NCBI RefSeq assembly: GCF_965227465.1
Contig: NZ_OZ245746.1
Coordinates: 1,658,365-1,722,364 of the forward strand
Length of the DNA stretch: 64,000 nt
Source of the DNA: Ekhidna sp.
GTDB lineage: Bacteria; Bacteroidota; Bacteroidia; Cytophagales; Cyclobacteriaceae
Reading direction: 5' to 3'
The notes beneath the pieces are model-generated. The model was not told the origin of the DNA. It ran no database searches and was given only the letters and a program-made list of their open reading frames with translations. Within the stretch, counting starts at the first letter, position 1. Each line of letters opens with the position of its first letter. The translations under genes and the position numbers were made by a program. Positions 57,189-64,000 of this stretch are shown here, piece by piece.

Positions 57189-58901
57189 CTACTCAACAAA
57201 CGTATCATCGTATGCTTCCGGATGTGAAATGGAAACATCATCTCCAGGTTCAATGCTTGAATGGTGACTTACAATCTGACCGTCTTTGATAACGAATGAA
57301 AACCTCAGATCATTGGTTTCTTCAAACCCTTCGGATTTCCATTTGATCTTATACTGTCCACTGTCTACCTTAAAACCGTCAATCTTTTGAGATATAACCT
57401 GATAAGGTGCGACCATGAGATCATGTTTTTCAAAAAGGTCTCGATATAAGTCTTTGATTTGATCTTTGTTTCTTCTTATCCTGGTAGAAAAGGCAGGGAT
57501 CATCATCGCATCGTCGCTATAAACCTTCATTAGTGCATTTATATCATGACTGTTAATTGCCTTCACCCATTTATCGAGGGTAGGAACGCTTGCTTCTGCA
57601 ATCATATCTTCTCTTTCAATTCTGGCTTTATCAGCGTCTGGCTTGAAGGTATCTTTGAGAAGCTCGATGACTTCCTGAGTGGATTTTCCTGTTCTTCTCA
57701 TGAAAATATATTGAATAAAAGCATGGGCAAAAAGAAGTAGCAAAAGGCCTTCGAAGATTCCCAATTCAAAAACCAGAAAGCCACAAATACCCGCCATAAT
57801 TAATGCATATCTGCCTTCCGATCGGACATTTGCGATATTGGCAATCATTTTCCACCCTGAATATACCATAATGATACCTAATGCATATTCTGGTGTATGC
57901 TCAAGAATGATTGGAAATAGTACAACCAATAGAATTACCAGTGATGTAAAAACATTGGATAGTTTGGTTACAGCACCAGCTACTGTGTTGGTGGTACTCT
58001 TTGCTAAGCCGTCCAGATTGGTCATGCCACCAAAGAAAGTAGCTCCCATATTGGCAATCCAGATTGCGAGCAAGCTATTATTAGAGTTAGCCTTTCTATT
58101 GAAGGGATCTATTTTCTCAATTGCCACATTGCTCATCACTTGCTCAATTACATCGATGGTTCCAAGCATCATTGCGAAACCGATCATTTTCAAGATCAGG
58201 AAAAAGATCTCCTGCTCATTAAACCCTGTAAAATGCGGCACAGGTAATGCAAGATGGAAGGGAACAGAATCAATCGAGATCATTGGTAGTGGCATGAAAA
58301 AGCTTAATACAAAGCTTGTTGCCATGATAACAAAATAAGGTAGCGCCGGCATCTTCTTTTTGTAGTACTTGTATAGAAGTACGAAAGACACAAATGATAC
58401 CAGGCTAAGCAGGATAATCACTTCTCTCTCGAAATTGAGCCAGGTCGCTGTTTCATGTTCAATGTCGTAGAGAAATGGAACAAACTTGAGAGCTATTTTT
58501 AAACCTACCCCAGCCAATAAACCTTCGACCAGATAGTGAGGTACTATTCTTAAAATGTATCGTTCCAGTCGATATTTCCAGACTACTGCTTGAAACAAAG
58601 CTGTAAGTAGGATCACAAATGGCATATTTTCCATTCCAAATGTGTGTACACCCAGCGCCAATGCGGGTGCTAATCCGGCTGCCACTCCTGGCATACCTGT
58701 ATAGTTACCAGGCTTAAATAAATAGGTTATAAAGCTTATTATCCCTGCAAAAATGACGGTATATAAACCTGTCATAATTGGGTATTCGGACATTAAACAA
58801 ATGCCAACTGTTAGTGGGACTGCCATGACACCTGCTACAGTTCCTGCAAGTGCGTCTCTTTTTATATGCTTTAAAGATTCGATTAGACGTTGCTTGATCA
58901 T
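57189..58901 (-). CDS. SulP/SLC26 anion transporter lacking STAS, fused to a C-terminal NTF2-fold iota-carbonic-anhydrase-like domain
   Basis: SulP: D.LAG.VAG..AVPL..G, G.AAGL, FFGG...KS..N..AGA.TKLS. C-terminal domain: W.KA...D...Y.DDA..IP.FS..IR...DSG.Y...RFSFV..DG.IVSHHSS.EP. Confidence 0.8.
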   Translation of the reverse strand: MIKQRLIESLKHIKRDALAGTVAGVMAVPLTVGICLMSEYPIMTGLYTVIFAGIISFITYLFKPGNYTGMPGVAAGLAPALALGVHTFGMENMPFVILLTALFQAVVWKYRLERYILRIVPHYLVEGLLAGVGLKIALKFVPFLYDIEHETATWLNFEREVIILLSLVSFVSFVLLYKYYKKKMPALPYFVIMATSFVLSFFMPLPMISIDSVPFHLALPVPHFTGFNEQEIFFLILKMIGFAMMLGTIDVIEQVMSNVAIEKIDPFNRKANSNNSLLAIWIANMGATFFGGMTNLDGLAKSTTNTVAGAVTKLSNVFTSLVILLVVLFPIILEHTPEYALGIIMVYSGWKMIANIANVRSEGRYALIMAGICGFLVFELGIFEGLLLLLFAHAFIQYIFMRRTGKSTQEVIELLKDTFKPDADKARIEREDMIAEASVPTLDKWVKAINSHDINALMKVYSDDAMMIPAFSTRIRRNKDQIKDLYRDLFEKHDLMVAPYQVISQKIDGFKVDSGQYKIKWKSEGFEETNDLRFSFVIKDGQIVSHHSSIEPGDDVSISHPEAYDDTFVE

Positions 58902-59018
58902 CTTATTTTAGTTTGAAGTTGAGTTAAATACATTGCTCAACCTGAATTAATAAATTGGGATTTTGCCTGAAAAATCAGGTCTAATTGAGCCTTGATAGAC
59001 TCAGACTTAAGAATAAGA

Positions 59019-59366
59019 TTATCCTAGGTGGATTTTAAGACAACAGTGTTTGAGGAATAATGGAACGTTACTTCTTCTTATTAAGGAATAGTGTCCGGTA
59101 ATTCCTTGATATTTAAAGCTTGTAAAATGACGTAACTGATAGCAAATCTCATTGGGGATGAAGTCATTGCCACCTGCTGAAAATTGAATCCAATCGCTTT
59201 TTTCGGCACTTTCTTTGAGTTCTTCACGATCAACTTCCCGACTCTCAACGAGCTCTTCCTTTTCAAAATAAAAGTCCCTGGTATCAATAAGCGTCATTGC
59301 TCCAAGGAGAAGCAGTGACGTTATGAGTATAATGGATTTGCTACGAATCACGGAGCAAAAGAACAA
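59019..59366 (-). CDS. Small hypothetical protein upstream of SulP; start uncertain
   Basis: Hydrophobic N-terminus, acidic stretch and a C-terminal PLFLKHCCLKI, resembling small Bacteroidetes proteins that precede transporter genes. Confidence 0.45.
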   Translation of the reverse strand: MFFCSVIRSKSIILITSLLLLGAMTLIDTRDFYFEKEELVESREVDREELKESAEKSDWIQFSAGGNDFIPNEICYQLRHFTSFKYQGITGHYSLIRRSNVPLFLKHCCLKIHLG

Positions 59367-59406
59367 GAGATTAGATTTAAAAAATAGGACATGAGAATTG
59401 TCAAAA

Positions 59407-59422
59407 TGTGATAAATGTTACA
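59407..59422. promoter_or_regulatory. CRP/FNR-like operator
   Basis: TGTGA-TAAATG-TTACA, one mismatch from TGTGA-N6-TCACA, between the divergent crp-like gene and the SulP unit. Confidence 0.55.
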
Positions 59423-59451
59423 TTTTACAAAAACTTAAATCACCCGATTGA

Positions 59452-60138
59452 ATGAAAGTAGACATTAAGAAGTTTGATTTTGAGAGTAATAGAATTCTCT
59501 CATCACTGTCAAAAAGCGAGCAGGAGCTTTTCATTGCTCATGGTGATACTTTGATATTTAAGCGGAATAAGCTAGTTTTTTATGAGGGAGGAATTCCAAC
59601 AGGAGTTTTTTTAATCGAAAACGGTAGAGCTAAAATCTATAAAACAGGTTTGGATGGAAAAGATCAGATTTTTTATATCTACAAGACTGGCGATCTGTTA
59701 GGTTATCATGCGCTTCTTTGTAATGAACATTACGAAGACTCTTGTGAAGCTCTGGAGGATTGCAAAATCCTTTTTATCAGTAAACTAAATTTTAACAGTC
59801 TCATTAAAAAGATACCTCACTTGAGCCAGTTACTCATTCAAAATATGAGTCATGAATTTGGGGTATTGGTCAATACAATCACCATACTTGCACAAAAACC
59901 GTTAAGAGAACGATTAGCACTTTACCTGCTTATTTTGAATAAAAAATATGTCGAGCAGGGCGGGGACATAATGCTTCCACGTGAAGACATGGCTAATATT
60001 ATTGGAACTGCACGTGAAAGTCTTGGAAGACTGCTCAAAGAATTTAAAGAAGAAAAACTAATTGAAGTTGACAATAAGATTATTCGAATTAATAATCACG
60101 GCAAGCTATTGAAGATCGCGAGTTCAGTTTATAATTAG
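59452..60138 (+). CDS. Crp/Fnr family transcriptional regulator
   Basis: cNMP-binding-like barrel (GVFLIENGRAKIYK...GDLLG), RERLALYL and HTH REDMANIIGTARESLGRLL. Confidence 0.92.
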   Translation: MKVDIKKFDFESNRILSSLSKSEQELFIAHGDTLIFKRNKLVFYEGGIPTGVFLIENGRAKIYKTGLDGKDQIFYIYKTGDLLGYHALLCNEHYEDSCEALEDCKILFISKLNFNSLIKKIPHLSQLLIQNMSHEFGVLVNTITILAQKPLRERLALYLLILNKKYVEQGGDIMLPREDMANIIGTARESLGRLLKEFKEEKLIEVDNKIIRINNHGKLLKIASSVYN

Positions 60139-60849
60139 CTATCTATACTCCGGATTTTCAAAATTCCACCTTGTCCCATCATCCCAGTCTTTTCTAGAGT
60201 TGCCATACTTCGGATATCCACTATTCTCTTTCAGCATCTTGGCTAGATGCAGTAAGTTATAAGTCATGAATGTGGTATTTCTGTTAGTAAAAGCATTGTC
60301 AAACGCATTTGCTTCCTTATCCATGTAACTGGGACCAGGGCCTGCTTCTCCAATCCAACCACAGTCAGCTTGCGGGGGTATTGAATATCCTAAATGCTGA
60401 AGTGCATAAAGCATACTCATTGCGCAGTGTTTAATTCCGTCTTCGTTACCGGTAATCACACATCCGCCTACTTTACCATAATAGATATACTGGCCTTTAT
60501 CGTTTTGATTTCCGCTCATGCCATACAGGCGCTCAATCAGTTTTGTCGCAACGGAAGACTTCTCACCCAACCAGATGGGAGTACCGATAATTAAGATGTC
60601 GGCCGCCCTGACTTTCTCATAAATATCCGGCCATTCATCCGAATCATATCCATGTTCAGTCATATCAGGATACACACCGTAAGGCACATCATGATCAACA
60701 AATCGCATGTATTCAACGGACACATTTTCCTTCTCCATGATATCAATTGATACTTGCATCAAGCCTTGTGTATGGCTTTGTCGTGGAGATTTCTTCAGCG
60801 TACAATTGATGAAGAGGGCAGATAAATTTGAAAAGTCAGGTTTACTCAT
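60139..60849 (-). CDS. Flavodoxin-like NAD(P)H-dependent FMN reductase family
   Basis: NCTLKKSP..SHT, GTPIWLGE.SS and GNEDG..H. Confidence 0.85.
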   Translation of the reverse strand: MSKPDFSNLSALFINCTLKKSPRQSHTQGLMQVSIDIMEKENVSVEYMRFVDHDVPYGVYPDMTEHGYDSDEWPDIYEKVRAADILIIGTPIWLGEKSSVATKLIERLYGMSGNQNDKGQYIYYGKVGGCVITGNEDGIKHCAMSMLYALQHLGYSIPPQADCGWIGEAGPGPSYMDKEANAFDNAFTNRNTTFMTYNLLHLAKMLKENSGYPKYGNSRKDWDDGTRWNFENPEYR

Positions 60850-60940
60850 AATTAATATGTTGAAGGTTACTGCATCTTTGCACCTTTAGATAATTAAAAC
60901 CGATTGGATCAATTAGTGTTTAAAGACTATAATATAGATT

Positions 60941-61876
60941 GTGTCGATACTAAAATTACATAATATTCAAAAGACCTACGCTGATAATCGGATTGCATTT
61001 AGATGCGACGATTTTGAATTAGACGAAGGCTCCAGAATCGGCATAGCAGGAGAAACGGGAAGTGGTAAGTCTACGCTTTTAAAAATAATAGCTGGACTTG
61101 AAAAACCGGATAGCGGGGATGCTTTATTGAATGGTGAAGAAATCTATCCGAAACTAGATCGACTGATAGCTGGTCACCCTGAAATTGCCTATCTGTCACA
61201 GTCATTTGAGCTGCCTAAATTCATTAGTGTTAACGAATACCTTTCCGTGCATCCATACACGGTTGAGGATGTGAATCAAATTGCTAAGCTCTGCCAAATA
61301 GCTAACCTGCTTGAAAAGAATACAAAAGCATTATCAGGAGGGGAAAGACAAAGAGTCGCATTGGCAAAAGTCCTGCTCCGAAAACCAACCATTCTGCTAC
61401 TGGATGAGCCCTTTTCCAACCTTGACCCGCATCATAAGCGAATCATAAAACAGGTAATCAATCAAATTGAAAAGGAGATTGAAACTACCATCATGATGGT
61501 TTCTCATGAACCCACAGATTTGTTGCCCTGGGCAGATAAAATCATGGTCCTTAAAGACGGTAAGATTCTTCAAGAGGGAACACCTAGGCAAATCTATTTT
61601 CAACCCAGAAATGAGCACATCGCTGGGCTTTTTGGATCATTTCAAAAATTAGATAATAGCCAATGGGGAGACATGAATAAGACTATTGTCCGACCTGAAC
61701 AGTTTCAGTTAAACGATCATGGGGTCAAAGGAGAGGTTGTTAGCATTCATTTCGTAGGGAATAATGAAGAGTTGGTTATCAAAACTATAAAAGAAGAAAT
61801 AGTAGTTAAATCTGAGGTTGGTAGGTATGAAGTGGGCGATGAGGTGAAGGTTTCTTTAAAATCTATTGATTTTTAA
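60941..61876 (+). CDS. ABC transporter ATP-binding protein (PotA/FbpC-like), no permease adjacent
   Basis: GETGSGKST, LSGGERQRVA and LLLDEPFSNLD. Confidence 0.9.
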   Translation: MSILKLHNIQKTYADNRIAFRCDDFELDEGSRIGIAGETGSGKSTLLKIIAGLEKPDSGDALLNGEEIYPKLDRLIAGHPEIAYLSQSFELPKFISVNEYLSVHPYTVEDVNQIAKLCQIANLLEKNTKALSGGERQRVALAKVLLRKPTILLLDEPFSNLDPHHKRIIKQVINQIEKEIETTIMMVSHEPTDLLPWADKIMVLKDGKILQEGTPRQIYFQPRNEHIAGLFGSFQKLDNSQWGDMNKTIVRPEQFQLNDHGVKGEVVSIHFVGNNEELVIKTIKEEIVVKSEVGRYEVGDEVKVSLKSIDF

Positions 61877-62540
61877 AAATAGCCTGCTTCGCATCTTCGC
61901 TATACGTTCTGCTTATTGGAAGTTTTACAGGACCAATTACCACCTGATTTCCTTCTATGGCATCTACACTTTGATTGTTGATGATGTATTGCTTATGGAT
62001 CTGTGTGAATTTACTTTCCGGCAACTGGTTAAGCATCGTTTTTAAAGTCGTATGGACAATGTGCTTTCCAGACCTGCTATTCAGTATTACATAGTTTTGC
62101 ATCGATTCTATGTACATCAGATCATCAAAACGGACCTTTTCAGTTCGCTTATCAGTTTTTACAAAAAAGGAGTCTTGAGAATTCTGAAAATGTCCTTTGG
62201 CCTTTTCTGCTGCCTTCAAAAATCGATCAAACGGAATGGGTTTCATTAGATAATCAAGCACGTCCAATTCAAACCCCTCCAACGCATATTGATCGTAAGC
62301 TGTAGTGATAATCACCTTTGGAGGGCTCTTAAGACTCTTAAGGAATTCCAATCCTGTTAGGTTAGGCATTTGGATGTCAAGAAAGAGTAAATCAGGATTA
62401 AGTTCGTCCAGTTGGCTTAACATATCAATCGCCGAACTGAACATACCAATACACTTCAGATAGGGAATTTTCTCTACATAACCTTCTATCCCGGATCGGG
62501 CCAATGGTTCATCATCTATGATACAGCATTCGATTTTCAT
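61863..62540 (-). CDS. LytTR family response regulator
   Basis: IIDDEPLA, LFLDIQMP, TTAY, LDYLMKP, and a LytTR domain (IHKQYIIN). Confidence 0.93.
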   Translation of the reverse strand: MKIECCIIDDEPLARSGIEGYVEKIPYLKCIGMFSSAIDMLSQLDELNPDLLFLDIQMPNLTGLEFLKSLKSPPKVIITTAYDQYALEGFELDVLDYLMKPIPFDRFLKAAEKAKGHFQNSQDSFFVKTDKRTEKVRFDDLMYIESMQNYVILNSRSGKHIVHTTLKTMLNQLPESKFTQIHKQYIINNQSVDAIEGNQVVIGPVKLPISRTYSEDAKQAIFKNQ

Positions 62541-63565
62541 CTAACGGGTAAATTAAGCGAAGCAATAAAAACTTTGTCATCGGATTTTAATTTCAGTTTG
62601 TGCTCATTAGGGTACAGCAGTTCTAAACGTCTGTTCAAGTTATTTATGCCTATACCGGCATTACTGGGATTCGATTCAACAGGCCGGTACGTATTCTCGA
62701 CAACAAAACGCAATTGATCATTTACTTCATTAGCTGCAATCTTAATCTTCGGATTTTCACCCTCTATATATTTAAAAGCATTCTCCACCAACGTGATCAG
62801 TAAATGAGGATAAATTTTACCTTTTATTGACTCAATATTTAAATCAAGAATTAGCTTTTTATCTCGCCGATTACGATGAACCTCCGCATAGAGCCGAATG
62901 AACTCCACTTCCTTCTCGATTTCCACTAACTGATTTTGTTCCTGATAAAGGCTATACCTCAGCAATTCCGATAGCTTTTCAACGCTTTTCTTTGCCTCAG
63001 GTATGCTTTGATCCATTTGGAAGTAAATATTGTTTAGTCCATTGAAAAGAAAGTGGGGGCTAAACTGCTCACGTAGAAAGTTTAATTCCGTATTCAGCCG
63101 ATCATTTTCAATCTGTTGCAATTTGATCTTGCTTTGAACAAAAGCCTGTATATAGAAATTACCTCTACGGATCGCGAAGTAGAGTACAATGTATAGCGTT
63201 GGGATGATTGTAATTTGTACCAGGTCACTTAGGGATAACCCATCGTCTGTGACTGCAGCCATGGGAATGATGGTACAATAAACCACAAGTAGAGCAATAC
63301 CAATCACATTCAACAGCTCTTTTCCTGCACGCTTTAGTGTTAGTTCGCTTGCGTCATCACTGAAGTACTTTCTCTCCTGAACCCGAATGATGTAGGTGAA
63401 AATGTAGCCAACTAAGATAACCGTTGCAAACTCAATGATATTGATATAGAGTGGACGTTCCCAAAACTTAAAACCCTTGCCCATGGTATCATTTACCACA
63501 CGCAAGGTGCCATAAATGATGAAGCCATAAAAGGCAGGAAATATCTTAGTCCACAGGTTTTTCAT
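62537..63565 (-). CDS. LytS-type sensor histidine kinase
   Basis: TM sensor, EL.FL.EQFSPHFLFN.LN, LVENAFKY and GIGI.NL..RL.LLYP. Confidence 0.92.
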   Translation of the reverse strand: MKNLWTKIFPAFYGFIIYGTLRVVNDTMGKGFKFWERPLYINIIEFATVILVGYIFTYIIRVQERKYFSDDASELTLKRAGKELLNVIGIALLVVYCTIIPMAAVTDDGLSLSDLVQITIIPTLYIVLYFAIRRGNFYIQAFVQSKIKLQQIENDRLNTELNFLREQFSPHFLFNGLNNIYFQMDQSIPEAKKSVEKLSELLRYSLYQEQNQLVEIEKEVEFIRLYAEVHRNRRDKKLILDLNIESIKGKIYPHLLITLVENAFKYIEGENPKIKIAANEVNDQLRFVVENTYRPVESNPSNAGIGINNLNRRLELLYPNEHKLKLKSDDKVFIASLNLPVR

Positions 63566-63741
63566 TTGTGTGATAATGAAATTAATTTCTTGTATTCAAT
63601 AAACTAAAACCTGTCTTTTCGACGATAGGAGAAATCTTTGTATTTATAAAAAAATCCTTTGTGAGTAGGTCGTCCTACATTGAACATAGATATCTCATTT
63701 CATTCGATATGACAGGTTTTAGTTTTTTTGAATTAAATAAT

Positions 63742-64000
63742 CTAGGCAGCTTTAAACTCTGCTCGTTCTTCCAATTTACGAAAGTCTTTTTGCTTTACGT
63801 TTCTCGGTAATTCTTTTACACCAAAAAGGAATCTCATTATCCGGAATGGACGAATCAGATATTCGTAACCAGCAACTGATAAAATAAAACTAGCTGTGCT
63901 TACGAAAAGGTATTTCGCAAGAATGCCTTCATCTACCAATGTAACGATGTAATAGCCTATGATGATAATAATGGTCTGATGAAGAATATAAAATGGATAG
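63742..64000 (-). CDS. 3' end of an acyltransferase-3 (OpgC/MdoC-like) membrane protein, partial
   Basis: YPFYILHQT and YE.LIRPF..MRFLFG.K motifs; the frame runs off the window edge. Confidence 0.75.
   Translation of the reverse strand, partial: YPFYILHQTIIIIIGYYIVTLVDEGILAKYLFVSTASFILSVAGYEYLIRPFRIMRFLFGVKELPRNVKQKDFRKLEERAEFKAA

Noticed and set aside
60941-61876. ABC ATPase without permease as a possible novel system
   Set aside because: Orphan PotA/FbpC-like ATPases are common in Bacteroidetes, and nothing local suggests more.
1-64000. tRNA, rRNA, riboswitch, integrase or prophage genes
   Set aside because: None was recognisable by eye; a covariance-model scan would be needed to exclude small RNAs.

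Overview
64 kb of a Bacteroidetes chromosome, probably Cytophagales. This is inferred from gene content, TAnnTTTG promoters and protein families. The backbone is housekeeping: parE/parC, a split menaquinone cluster (menF-menD-menB, menI, menE), holA-TPR-TonB-receptor-like-SPOR-exbB-exbD-tonB-folC, trmB, ligD, a PIF1/RecD-like helicase and several two-component genes. Four accessory features stand out. (1) 23.7-29.1 kb is a block of co-oriented minus-strand genes with integron-cassette-like hallmarks, but no integrase is present in the window. It holds two copies of an unannotated ~120-bp palindrome-rich element that carries a Bacteroidetes -7 promoter box and ends at a GTT core, and a REP-flanked RAYT transposase sits inside it. 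(2) 47.0-55.9 kb is an island with a stand-alone, fully reducing KS-AT-DH-ER-KR-ACP-TE type I PKS/FAS divergent from an OmpW/AlkL-like channel. The PKS 3' end runs out of frame into the orphan tail of a chemoreceptor gene, and the other side has an apparently headless lipocalin-like ORF. (3) A STAS-less SulP transporter is fused to an iota-carbonic-anhydrase-like (HHSS) domain and lies divergent from a Crp/Fnr regulator, with a CRP-like box between them. (4) A SatD cyclase-like protein plus membrane proteins is coupled between parE and parC. Several REP-like hairpin families and a 106-bp duplication of the helicase 5' end are also present. No rRNA, tRNA or CRISPR array was seen. All family assignments come from motif recognition by eye; no database searches were run.
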